Origin: Marispirochaeta sp.
GTDB lineage: Bacteria; Spirochaetota; Spirochaetia; JC444; Marispirochaetaceae
DNA length: 64,000 nt
Reading direction: 5' to 3'
NCBI GenBank assembly: GCA_963676835.2
Contig: CAXXFF010000003.1
Location: 288,001-352,000, forward strand
The translations under genes and the position numbers were made by a program. Positions within the stretch are counted from its first letter, which is position 1. The number at the start of each line of letters is the position of its first letter. The notes below the pieces were generated by a model. It saw only the letters and a program-made list of their open reading frames with translations. It made no database searches and was not told the DNA's origin. This document shows, in pieces, positions 1-10,200 of this stretch.

Positions 1-405
1 AAAATCTTTATCGTATCCTTTATCAATCATTGTCGGAATTAATATCCCACCAACGGATGCAGTATCTGATGTAGCCGACCCAGTTATGCCAGCAAAAAAC
101 ATACTCGATACAATATTTATGTATGCCAACCCACCTCGCAAGAAACCTACTAAGACAGTAGACAAATTTATAAGATCTTTTGTTATACCGCCAAGTGCCA
201 TGAAGCGTCCTGTTAATATAAATAGAGGTACTGCAATAAGTGTAAAAGAATCCATCCCAACATATATTCTCTGAACAGCGACCATCAAAGGCACTCCAGA
301 AGAAACAATTATGCCTCCAATAGCTGCTAACCCAGTACAAACAGCAATAGGAACATTTATTAACATCAGACCAATCATAATAGCAAAGGAAACTGCAATT
401 ACCAT
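1..405 (-). CDS. dctM: TRAP transporter large permease DctM (5' part; runs off window start)
   Basis: Not in the ORF track. Manual translation from ATG at 405 gives MVIAVSFAIMIGLMLINVPIAV...DSFTLIAVPLFIL...GGLAYINIVSSMFFAGITGSATSD, which are DctM motifs. Follows dctQ. Confidence 0.9.
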   Translation of the reverse strand, partial: MVIAVSFAIMIGLMLINVPIAVCTGLAAIGGIIVSSGVPLMVAVQRIYVGMDSFTLIAVPLFILTGRFMALGGITKDLINLSTVLVGFLRGGLAYINIVSSMFFAGITGSATSDTASVGGILIPTMIDKGYDKDF

Positions 406-408
406 TAG

Positions 409-906
409 TTATCTCTCTTTCGGTATTGAATTGTTAAACTTGCTATTGGAAAGGGATTCCCACAGCATATATAAAGATACTATTAAGAACAGCATACCAG
501 TCACAGGAATCACTGCATAAAAATAAGACATCGGAATGCGCATAACTGACGACACTTGCTTATGCATCACCAACATCATACGAATCCCATAAAACGTAAT
601 AATAAAGCTAAATACACAAATTATTATATTAATAATAATATTAAATATTTTTTGTCTTTTTTCACTCATCTTGTTTACTAAATAATCAATTCCAAGATGC
701 GCTTTATGTTTCATAGCAAGCCCACTCCCTAAGAAACAAAACCACATAAAAGTGATACGAGAGAATTCTTCAGTCCATGCAAACGGAACCTTCATAAATG
801 CTCTTGAGAAAATTTGCAGCAATATTGTCAGCACCATGACGATACCTATTATCTTCACAAAACTACCCACAAATTTATCATAAATAAAATCTATTGCCCG
901 TCTCAT
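409..906 (-). CDS. dctQ: TRAP transporter small permease DctQ
   Basis: 165 aa, about 4 TM segments, QIFSR...WTEEFSR...HLGID motif; lies between dctP and dctM. Confidence 0.9.
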   Translation of the reverse strand: MRRAIDFIYDKFVGSFVKIIGIVMVLTILLQIFSRAFMKVPFAWTEEFSRITFMWFCFLGSGLAMKHKAHLGIDYLVNKMSEKRQKIFNIIINIIICVFSFIITFYGIRMMLVMHKQVSSVMRIPMSYFYAVIPVTGMLFLIVSLYMLWESLSNSKFNNSIPKER

Positions 907-944
907 TAATCTATTATTCCTCCCGTATCACCTTGGAATTTTAA

Positions 945-1931
945 CTAGTTAAGAAACTTAGCTAAAATGTCTTTCCCAATTTTGTCAGAATACTCATCAT
1001 ACAGGGGCATCAAAGCCTTAACAAAAGAATCTTTATCCACATCATCAACTATGCTCATTCCTTCTGCTTTAAGATCTTTTAATGTTTTTTCTAATCCATC
1101 AGAATCCAATTGCTGCGCGTATACACCTGCATTTTTTGCTTCTTCCAATACAATAGTCCTAAGATCCTCCGGCAATCCATCTATAAAACTTTTAGAAAGT
1201 GCTATTACATTTGGCGTGCAAAAGTGTTCAGTAAGAGACAAATAGGAAGTTACTTCATATTCTTTTTGCGCCACAACTATGGCTGGCGAATTTTCTGCGG
1301 CATCTACCACTTTTGTTTGTAGTGCCATGTAACGCTCAGAAGCGGCAACGGGAACAGGAGTGGCTTGTAGAAGTTCCATAGTCCGAATCATAATAGGACT
1401 ATCCATAACACGTATTTTAAGTCCTTTAAAATCTTCAGCAGAATTAATTGGTCCACGAGAACTATATACACTCCGTGGGCTACGAATCATCCAACCGCCT
1501 ATTACAATACTCGCTTTATCTTCAAGTTTTTTTGACAAAGTTTCACCAATGCCACTGTTTATAACATCACGTTCATGATCCATTCCTTTTACAATGTAAG
1601 GAAGATCAAAAACCATGAACGCAGAGTCAATGGAGTTTAGAACAGATGTGTTAATCTCAGCACCCTGGAGACTGCCAATCTGCAAGGCTCCAATATAGTC
1701 TTTATGATCACCTAACTGTCCGCTGTCGAATACTTGAACATCAATTCTTCCATTAGTAGCCGCTTCAACTTGCTTCTCAAAGTAATAAAAAGCCTTAACA
1801 TTATTATCTTCAGGATTACTTGGAGACGCCATCTTCATAACAATTGGTTTTTCGTTATTTTCCCCCTGTCCACCAGCCATTGCGGGTACTACAAAACAAA
1901 GTGCAAGTAATACCATTACTACCTTTCTCAT
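945..1931 (-). CDS. dctP: TRAP substrate-binding protein DctP
   Basis: Signal peptide, GQLG, FDLPY, GLKIRVM, DAAEN motifs; GGAGG RBS. Confidence 0.92.
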   Translation of the reverse strand: MRKVVMVLLALCFVVPAMAGGQGENNEKPIVMKMASPSNPEDNNVKAFYYFEKQVEAATNGRIDVQVFDSGQLGDHKDYIGALQIGSLQGAEINTSVLNSIDSAFMVFDLPYIVKGMDHERDVINSGIGETLSKKLEDKASIVIGGWMIRSPRSVYSSRGPINSAEDFKGLKIRVMDSPIMIRTMELLQATPVPVAASERYMALQTKVVDAAENSPAIVVAQKEYEVTSYLSLTEHFCTPNVIALSKSFIDGLPEDLRTIVLEEAKNAGVYAQQLDSDGLEKTLKDLKAEGMSIVDDVDKDSFVKALMPLYDEYSDKIGKDILAKFLN

Positions 1932-1949
1932 TATAAACCTCCTGTATCG

Positions 1950-2143
1950 CTACATGTTGTTTTCTTAACGATACATCTTGTATTGATTTAACATGATCGT
2001 AACACAGGTTTTTTTAGAACACAACTTAAATAAGTCCACTTTTAGCATTATTTATACTGTTTTTTGCTGATTTTAGAATATTTAGGGTAGTTTTTTTACA
2101 ACATGTAGTTTTTTTTAGTTGACATCTTGCGTATACATGTATC
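1950..2143. promoter_or_regulatory. Divergent promoter region with repeated ACAT(G/C)TTG-like boxes (candidate operators for the GntR/LacI regulator)
   Basis: CTACATGTTGT (1950-1960) is the exact reverse complement of ACAACATGTAG (2098-2108); ACATCTTG occurs at 1973 and 2122. Confidence 0.45.
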
Positions 2144-2203
2144 ATAGTAACGATGATGCAAGTTAACATTGCTAAATGAAAGATTATATGGAACAATACA
2201 TTT

Positions 2204-3310
2204 ATGAGTGATATGCAGTCGAAGAAATTTCGTTATATACGAATCTATGAGAGTCTTGTTTCTAAGATATCTTCTGGTGACTATCCTGTAGGAAAACTAA
2301 TCCCTTCAGAAAAGGAACTTTGTAGAATTTATAAGGTAGAACGCACTACCGTACGTAAAGCATTAGATCTTTTAGTAAAAGACGGAATGTTGAAAAAGCT
2401 TCAAGGCGTTGGTGCTGAGGTTATTAGTACTGAAAGTCTTAGCCACCCAGAAAATAGCTTCCAAAATAATGATATAATTTTATTTTTCCTTGCTACAACA
2501 CCTGAGAAAACTGATCGGCTCACACAACCGTTTTACTCTTCAATGTTTTTTCATATAGAAAATGACTTTAAGAAGAGAGGATATAAAACGATATATTCAA
2601 CTATCAGTGAAAATGACAATATAAAAGATATTTTAGATCAGTATGACTTCGCTGGTATCATTTTTGCTAGCTATGGTGTAGCGAAACAACATATAGAGTA
2701 TGTTGAAATTAATAAAATTCCTTACGTTACCATTAACAAGGATTATGATAATTCTGTATTTATTGCTTCAGATAACTACGAAGGTGGATACTTAATGGGC
2801 AAGCATTTACTCAGTTTGGGGCATACAAAAATCGGTTTACTAAAAGGAACTGATACTGACAACTCTTGTAATAAGAGATTAGCAGGTTTAACAGTGGCTC
2901 TAAATGAAGAAGGCATTTCTATTAACGAAAGCTATGTTAGATCCGCCAATTGGGTAGCAGAACAGGGATATATTCAAATGAAAGATCTAATAAACACAAA
3001 TTTAGACGACTTACCTACCGCAATATTTGCATTCAATGATGCCACTGCATTAGGTGCAATTCGCGCTATCCATGAAATGGGATACAAAATACCAGAAGAT
3101 ATCAGTATTGCAGGTTTTGATAATATTGATCAATCAGAATTCTCTTCCCCACCAATGACCACTATAGACTGTAATGTTGAGAACATCAGTAAGACTGCTG
3201 TTACAATATTACATGATAAAATTCATGGAATGGGTCTAAGTAATATCAAAATATTAATTCCTGTAAATATGGTGATCAGAGAATCAACGGGTCCTGTTAA
3301 ACGTGCATGA
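2204..3310 (+). CDS. GntR-family regulator with C-terminal LacI/GalR-type sugar-binding domain (AraR-like architecture)
   Basis: N-terminal wHTH IPSEKELC...RTTVRKAL; C-terminal PTAIFAFND...IPEDISIAGFDN...PPMTTI. Confidence 0.88.
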   Translation: MSDMQSKKFRYIRIYESLVSKISSGDYPVGKLIPSEKELCRIYKVERTTVRKALDLLVKDGMLKKLQGVGAEVISTESLSHPENSFQNNDIILFFLATTPEKTDRLTQPFYSSMFFHIENDFKKRGYKTIYSTISENDNIKDILDQYDFAGIIFASYGVAKQHIEYVEINKIPYVTINKDYDNSVFIASDNYEGGYLMGKHLLSLGHTKIGLLKGTDTDNSCNKRLAGLTVALNEEGISINESYVRSANWVAEQGYIQMKDLINTNLDDLPTAIFAFNDATALGAIRAIHEMGYKIPEDISIAGFDNIDQSEFSSPPMTTIDCNVENISKTAVTILHDKIHGMGLSNIKILIPVNMVIRESTGPVKRA

Positions 3311-3334
3311 AATACATCAAAGGAGATCACTAAA

Positions 3335-3775
3335 ATGCTTAAAAACATACCAGAAACATTATCCCCAGATTTATTAAAGATACTCATGGAAATGGGCCAT
3401 TTTGATGAGATCGTTATTGGAGATGGAAATTTCCCTGCTGCATCAAACGCCAAACATCTGGTCAGACTCGATGGTATAGGAAGTACGAGGATACTAAATG
3501 ATCTCCTACAGTTCTTTCCACTTGATGATATAAATCCACAATGTGCAACTTTAATGGAGGTTTCTCGTAAAGGATACGACACCCCTCCAATATGGTCAGA
3601 ATATAAAACAATAATTGAAAAATGGGAAAAGAAAACTGATTGTATACGGTTTTTACCACGATGGGAGTTTTATGAAAAAGCCAAAGCTGCCTATGCAGTT
3701 ATTGCTACCAGTGAATCTTCACTCTTTGCAAATATTATTCTTACAAAAGGTATCATTCGTAACGATTTAAGTTAA
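3335..3775 (+). CDS. RbsD/FucU-family sugar mutarotase/pyranase
   Basis: MLKNIP..LSPDLLKILMEMGHFDEIVIGDGNFP and FYEKAKAAYAVIATSE..FANIILTKG family motifs. Confidence 0.88.
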   Translation: MLKNIPETLSPDLLKILMEMGHFDEIVIGDGNFPAASNAKHLVRLDGIGSTRILNDLLQFFPLDDINPQCATLMEVSRKGYDTPPIWSEYKTIIEKWEKKTDCIRFLPRWEFYEKAKAAYAVIATSESSLFANIILTKGIIRNDLS

Positions 3776-3902
3776 TCCACATTGTATTATTCACTTTTCT
3801 CTCTGAGTAATTTGATTTCTCTCAGTGTGAGCTAATAAAAAGTTTACCTACAGTATTTCACGAATATCGTATGTGAATTATATATTTTCTAAGGAGTTGA
3901 TT

Positions 3903-4667
3903 ATGGGTCTAATGAAAGGAAAAACTGTTTTAATAACTGCTGGTGCTCAGGGAATTGGCCTTGCAATAAGTGAATGTTTTATTAAAGCCGGTGCAAATGT
4001 TGCTGTTACCTATTTAACTAGTGATGCAGGAATTAAAACTTTAAAGACAATTGCATCTCAACAAGGTTCAAAATTTATTGCAATTCAAACCGATTTAACA
4101 AAGAGAGATAATTGCATACGCGTAGTAGATGAAACATGTGAAAAACTTGGTACGATACATTGCCTTATCAATAATGCCGGTTCGCTAATAGAACGAAGGA
4201 GTATTGAAGAACTTGACTCTGACTTTCTTAACCGAACAATTGATCTGAACTTGGCAAGTACAATATGGGTAACCCAAAAAGCCGTACCTATACTATCTAC
4301 CCATAAAGATGGCAGTTCAATTGTGAATCTGGCGTCATTAGCAGGGAGGACAGGAGGACACCGTGGTTCTATCGCCTATTCGACCACAAAAGGTTCAATC
4401 ATCACCTGGACTCGTCATTCATCAAAAGAATTAGGTGATCGAGGAATAAGGGTCAACTGTGTAGCTCCTGGATTAATTCTAGGCACATCGTTTCATAATA
4501 CTTTTACAACTGACGAATCAGCAAAAAAAACGATAGAGACGATTCCCCTTGGTCGCGCGGGATCACCCGATGATGTTGCTAGAGCAGTTTTTTATTTAGC
4601 GAGCGAATATGATGGATTTATATCAGGTATTACATTAGACATTAATGGTGGTTCCTACGTAGCTTAG
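3903..4667 (+). CDS. SDR oxidoreductase, resembling DEH (4-deoxy-5-hexoseulose uronate) reductase-like SDRs
   Basis: TAGAQGIG, NNAG, YSTTK catalytic motif, GIRVNCVAPG. Start placed at ATG 3903 after AAGGAG. Confidence 0.85.
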   Translation: MGLMKGKTVLITAGAQGIGLAISECFIKAGANVAVTYLTSDAGIKTLKTIASQQGSKFIAIQTDLTKRDNCIRVVDETCEKLGTIHCLINNAGSLIERRSIEELDSDFLNRTIDLNLASTIWVTQKAVPILSTHKDGSSIVNLASLAGRTGGHRGSIAYSTTKGSIITWTRHSSKELGDRGIRVNCVAPGLILGTSFHNTFTTDESAKKTIETIPLGRAGSPDDVARAVFYLASEYDGFISGITLDINGGSYVA

Positions 4668-4669
4668 AT

Positions 4670-4721
4670 ATTTAAAAATAGCCAATATCCTTTTTACAGT
4701 AAGGATTTGGCTATTTTAAAT
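4670..4721 (+). terminator. Long hairpin / intrinsic terminator after the SDR gene
   Basis: AAAATAGCCAATATCCTT...AAGGATTTGGCTATTTT inverted repeat. Confidence 0.7.
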
Positions 4722-4857
4722 CACTTATTTAAAAATAGCATGATTGTATTTTTTTCCATCATAGAATATCTACAAATCAAAAGTAACCGTCAATTAAACC
4801 CCACCTTATGCCGACATCAATGAATGCCCTACAATCCTCCCTTAATGGAGGAATCGC

Positions 4858-5186
4858 ATGGTCAAATATAATCGGGAACAGCAGTGTGAACATCTTAGAA
4901 ATTGGGAAAAAGTGGGTTAAGCGGGCAGGAGTATTGCCGGCAGCACGAAATACCACCCACAACATTTTACAGCTGGAAAAAAGCCGAAAGGAAACGTGCC
5001 GTACAAACAGGATTAGCTTCTGAAACAGCAGCAGCCGGGTTCATACCAGTAAAAAGCTCTTTTCATCATTTATCCAAAAAAGAAACCATTACCATAAAGT
5101 TGCACGATATTGTTATTACTCTGCCGGTAACAGCAAACCATGACCAGCTTAAAGCAGTATTAACAGCCTTGAGGGTTTATGAATGA
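4858..5186 (+). pseudogene. tnpA: IS66 TnpA accessory protein, frameshifted
   Basis: From ATG 4858 the frame reads MVKYNREQQCEHLRNWEKVG*. The A-run is A5 here but A6 in the intact copy 2 (109 aa). Confidence 0.85.
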
Positions 5187-5530
5187 CCCCAGATTTATCA
5201 GCGGTACAGATATTTATCCGGCCAGGCATCACTGATATGCGTAAAGCAATCAACGGCTTAGTTGTCATGGTGCAGGACTATATGAATGAAAATCCGTTAA
5301 GCGGCAATCTGTTTCTGTTCTGCAACCGCGAACGACGAATTATGAAAGCCCTCTACTGGGACAAGAACGGATTCTGTCTCTGGCAGAAGAAACTGGAAAA
5401 GCATAAGTTTCCCTGGCCCGTAACCGAAGAAACTGCACGTATGATTACCCCGGAACAGCTATCGATGCTGTTGAAAGGCATCGATTTTTGGAATGAACAT
5501 ACTAGTTTGGAATATTCGCGGGTTTCGTAA
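5183..5530 (+). CDS. tnpB: IS66 TnpB accessory protein
   Basis: TDMRKAINGL...LFLFCNR...KALYWDKNGFCLWQKKLE; ATGA overlap with tnpA. Confidence 0.95.
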   Translation: MTPDLSAVQIFIRPGITDMRKAINGLVVMVQDYMNENPLSGNLFLFCNRERRIMKALYWDKNGFCLWQKKLEKHKFPWPVTEETARMITPEQLSMLLKGIDFWNEHTSLEYSRVS

Positions 5531-5591
5531 GCATATTATTGGTGTAAAGGAATTTACATAGAATGTACGGCATGCTAGAATTCTTATTAGC

Positions 5592-7112
5592 ATGGATGTT
5601 ACAGAACTTCCCAGGGAAGTACAGGACTATATCCACGAACTTAATAGTTCCTGGGAGCAGCGTTATGGTGCCTTGGAAGAGCAGTACAAATTGCTTCTTC
5701 TTCAGAAATTTGGCCGTAAAAGTGAAAAAGAACAACAGGATGAGTATCAACCGCTGTTGTTCGGACTTGAAGAGAATGGTACTTCGGAGAACGATGCATC
5801 AGAGACTTCCGTACCAGTTCAGTCCCATCCCCGCAGGAAATCCGGCAGAAAACCAATTGATGAAAGCCTTCCCCGGGATGAGATCATCATTGATATTCCC
5901 GAAGAAGAAAAACAGTGTGCCTGCGGCCATGCGCTGGTTCGTATCGGCGAAGAGACCAGCGAGCGCTTACAGGTAATCCCCCCGAAGATGTGGGTGGAAC
6001 GGATTATCCGCCCCAAGTATGCCTGTAAAAACTGTGAAGGCTCCGGGGATGAAGAGAAGCCGGCGGTAAGGGTTGCTGATCCCCCTGCAAGTATTATCCC
6101 TAAAAGCATTGTAACGCCAGGATTGATCTCCTTCATCATAGTGAACAAGTTTGTCGATCATCTGCCCTATTACCGGCAGGAGAAACGGTTTGAAAGAATC
6201 GGCATCCACATAAGCCGTCAGAACATGAGCAACTGGCAGCAGGCGGCGTTTGATAAAATTGAACCGTTAATAGAAACACTGAAAACGCATATCCGGTCAG
6301 GGCCGGTCATCAACATGGATGAAACCCCGGTCCAGGTACACGGAGAACCGGAACGCCCTGACACGGCGAAATCCTATATGTGGCTTGCCCGCGGCGGCCC
6401 TCCGGAAAACCCGGGATTGCTTTACTCATACCGGGAAACCCGCGGGTCCCGGCATATTAAAGAACTTCTCGATGGATTCAGCGGCTTTTTACAGACCGAC
6501 GGCTATGATGCGTATCGTACAGCCCTGGCGGGGAATGAACAGATAGTCCATGTCGGCTGCATGGCCCATGTTCGGCGAAAGTTTCATGAAGCTGCAAAGG
6601 CCTCGAAGAAAGCAGCAAGTGCACAGGAAGCATTGAATGCCATCAGGAAACTGTATGGAATTGAAGAGCGTCTTCGCAGTATGGAATTGCCCGAAGACCA
6701 GTTTGTTGACCAGCGCAAATCTCAGGCGGAACCGGTTTTGCAGAAGTTTAGAACCTGGCTTGAAAAACGCAGTCAGCAGGTTCCTCCTTCGTTATTGCTT
6801 GGGAAAGCAATTCAGTACACCTTGAACGAATGGGAGAAACTGGTACACTACCTCGATTCTCCCTATCTGACACCTGACAACAATAGCGCGGAACAGGCTA
6901 TTCGGCCGTTTGTTCTGGGCCGAAAGAACTGGTTATTTTCCGGTAGTCCAAAGGGGGCTGAAAGTTCCTGTGCCATGTATTCACTGATTGAGACAGCCAA
7001 ACAAAATAATGTGAACCCGAACGACTACCTGAGACGCGTTTTTGAGGAAGCTCCACTCATGAATGAATCTGATAACTGGGAAAAATTGCTGCCATGGAAT
7101 ATTTCCCTCTGA
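5592..7112 (+). CDS. tnpC: IS66 DDE transposase TnpC
   Basis: Zn ribbon CACG...YACKNC, MDET, LQTDGY, CMAHVRRKF, DNNSAEQAIRP..LGRKNWLF. Confidence 0.97.
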   Translation: MDVTELPREVQDYIHELNSSWEQRYGALEEQYKLLLLQKFGRKSEKEQQDEYQPLLFGLEENGTSENDASETSVPVQSHPRRKSGRKPIDESLPRDEIIIDIPEEEKQCACGHALVRIGEETSERLQVIPPKMWVERIIRPKYACKNCEGSGDEEKPAVRVADPPASIIPKSIVTPGLISFIIVNKFVDHLPYYRQEKRFERIGIHISRQNMSNWQQAAFDKIEPLIETLKTHIRSGPVINMDETPVQVHGEPERPDTAKSYMWLARGGPPENPGLLYSYRETRGSRHIKELLDGFSGFLQTDGYDAYRTALAGNEQIVHVGCMAHVRRKFHEAAKASKKAASAQEALNAIRKLYGIEERLRSMELPEDQFVDQRKSQAEPVLQKFRTWLEKRSQQVPPSLLLGKAIQYTLNEWEKLVHYLDSPYLTPDNNSAEQAIRPFVLGRKNWLFSGSPKGAESSCAMYSLIETAKQNNVNPNDYLRRVFEEAPLMNESDNWEKLLPWNISL

Positions 7113-7242
7113 TTTTTTTCTCTGGGTGAAGTTTAATTGACGGTTACAATCAAAATAGTTTAAAAGAACAAATATCATCATCCAAGAAAAGATCATTTTT
7201 TCAATGGACGAATACCTTGGTTTATTATACCATTTCGTAAGA

Positions 7243-10200
7243 ATGGATAGTCTCGAAACGATCCTGAATTCAAGCCTACTATTAGACTTAGAGACTGCCC
7301 TTGATGGCACAATACTCAAGGTGGGAGCGGTTTCAGGACAATAAAAAGTACATTTTCAAGGTCATTTTAAACGATCAGATGTCGTAAATTCCCTGAATGG
7401 TATTAGTCAAAACTCAAAATTCATTATTGGACACAACATAGTTGATCATGATTTGCCTTTGCTTAAGGAAAAGATGCCCGACCTTGATCTTCTTAAGTTA
7501 CCAATTATCGATACGCTTTTACTCTCCCCATTAGCATTTCCCAAGAACCCATACCACAAGCTGGTAAAAGATTACAAGCTAGTACATACAGCCATCAATG
7601 ACCCGGTTGAAGATGCAAAGAATGCTGCACTACTGTTTGAAGATGAAGTTAGGGTATTTGTAGAGCTAAAGCAAACAGATATTGGCCTACTAAAGTTCAT
7701 TGCTTGGGCATTCTCAGACACAATGGATGTACTATTTAATACTTTAGAAGTAGTGCCTTGGCATGACCAGGAGGCTAAATCATTTTTTACAGATTATGCG
7801 TCAAGGTACGCGTGCATAACCGCTTCTCAGCAGATAGATTTACAGGATTCAAAAGCTTCTGCTTACACACTCTCGTGGCTCAGAGTAGCTGGTTCCAACT
7901 CTGTTCTACCACCTTGGGTTAGACATCGTTATCCCGCAGTAGTTCATATTATTCGTAAGCTAAGAGATACCTCCTGTGATGATCCACAATGTTCGTATTG
8001 TCTAGTTGATAATAATCCACAGAAGCAACTACAGCATTTTTTTAAAGATGAAGAAGGAAAGCCATTTGAGAATTTCAGAGAAAAACCATCATTAAAAGAT
8101 GGGAGCAGTTTGCAGGAAGCTATAGTACGAAGTGGTATGAGTAACGAACCTTTGCTGGCCATACTGCCAACCGGTGGGGGCAAATCACTCTGTTATCAGC
8201 TACCTGCCCTTGTACGGAACCAAAGGTGTGGCGTTTTGACTATTATCATTTCACCACTACAGGCCCTAATGAAAGACCAAGTCGATAACCTTAAGCGTTT
8301 TACCGGTTATGACTTTGCAGCAGCACTATATGGAATGTTAACACCACCAGAACGTGGCAATGTAATGGAACGGGTCCGCCTTGGTGATGTTGCCCTTCTT
8401 TATGTATCGCCTGAACAGCTACGCAATGTTTCATTTAGAAACCTAGTTAAACAGCGAGAGATTGGCTGTTGGGTTTTTGATGAAGCACACTGCTTGTCAC
8501 GTTGGGGTCATTCATTCCGTCCTGACTATCTCTACGCATCTCGTTTTATACGTGAATTGGCGGATATTCATCATGTTGGAAATCCCCCAGTTGCTTGTTT
8601 TACCGCAACCGCCAAAAAGGATGTTATTGAAGAAATCCAGCAACATTTTAAGACTGAACTGGGTCAAACATTAGTCACATATGATGGCGGAGCTGAAAGA
8701 ACTAATCTAATGTTTGAAGTTCAGCTCGTTAATTCCGCCGAAAAAAGAGCACGCGTCTTGCAACTGTTAGAAGAACGGGTACCAAAAGAAGGTTCTTCAG
8801 TTGTCTATTGCGCAACACGTAAAGGTACGGAGGAGATGGCTGAATGGCTTAGACGGTCAGACTTAAACGCAGAAGCCTTTCATGCTGGGTTAGAACCACC
8901 TGAGAAAAGAAGAATACAAGACGGTCTCATAGTTGGAGATATTGATCATATATGTGCGACCAATGCTTTTGGAATGGGTATCGATAAAGATAATGTGAGA
9001 TTGGTTGTGCATTCAGATATTCCTGGTTCTCTTGAAAACTATCTGCAGGAAGCAGGACGTGCTGGACGAGACCGTGACCCTGCTCAATGTGTTTTGCTAT
9101 ACGATGAGAAAGATATCGAAACTCAATTTTCGATGAGTGCATCTTCAAGACTTACCCGTAATGACATTGCTCAAATTCTAAAAGGACTGCGGCGGTCAAA
9201 ACGTGACGAAAATAACACAGTCATTATCACTTCAGGAGAAATCCTTCGTGACGACGAAGTAGAAACACGCTTTGATACAAACGACCCTATGGCGGCCACA
9301 AAGGTTAACACTGCTGTGTCTGTTCTTGAGCGTGGAAGTTTTATTGAACGGAATGAGAACTGTACAAACGTAATTCAGGTAAAACCTCTCATGCAAACCT
9401 TGAAAGAGGCACAAGCCAAGATTTCAACCTTAAACCTTTCAGAAAGCGTAACAAAACAATGGCAGGAAATCATGATGCAACTTTTTGATCATGATCCAAC
9501 CCACCCCATAAGTGCAGATAATTTAGCTGAGCTACCTTCAATGGAAGCAGCACAAGATTCTACCGATAACCAGATATTACAACATGACACCTTGCCAGTA
9601 TTAAGAATCCTCAATGATATGGTGAACGCAAGCCTCGTAAAAAAAGATACTCTCCTGAGTGCCTATGTTAAAGTCCGCTGTACGAATTCATCTGACAAGA
9701 TCTTTACTGATATTTGTGCGTTAGAAACCGCTATGATTGATTTAATGTGCGAGGAAGAACCTGATCCTGAAGGCTGGATGGTATTAAGCCTACGTCGACT
9801 CAATCAGCGCTTACTGGATAATAGCCATATAAGTGCACCCGAATTACTCCGTAATCTATTGAATAGCCTATCTCTTGATGGACAAGGCTTAGCTGGGAAA
9901 CAAGGTAGCATCTTATTAAGATATCGAGATAAAGATCATTATCTTGTTAAACTCCAAAGATCATGGAGTGATTTACGCACTACTGTGGAACGACGTCAAA
10001 CCGTTGCAAGTATTATCCTGAAAACAATCTCAGAGAAGATTACACCGGGAAATAGTGGAGAGCACTTGGTTGAATTTGGCGAAAGTGAATTAATAGAAGC
10101 ATTGAAATCTGACATGTTCGTTTCTGCACAAATTAGAGACTTTAGTGCTGCTATTGAACGAAGCTTACTGTATCTCCATGAACAACGCTGTATTATCTTA

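Larger units (their letters stand above)
4783..7147 (+). mobile_element. IS66-family insertion sequence, copy 1 (2365 bp)
   Basis: Terminal IRs GTAACCGTCAATTAAAC; 8-bp target duplication AATCAAAA at 4775-4782 and 7148-7155; tnpA-tnpB-tnpC organisation. Confidence 0.97.

Noticed and set aside
5563..5976. 137-aa alternative-frame ORF present in both IS66 copies
   Set aside because: Its conservation is explained by near-identity of the IS copies; it overlaps tnpC and has no recognisable features
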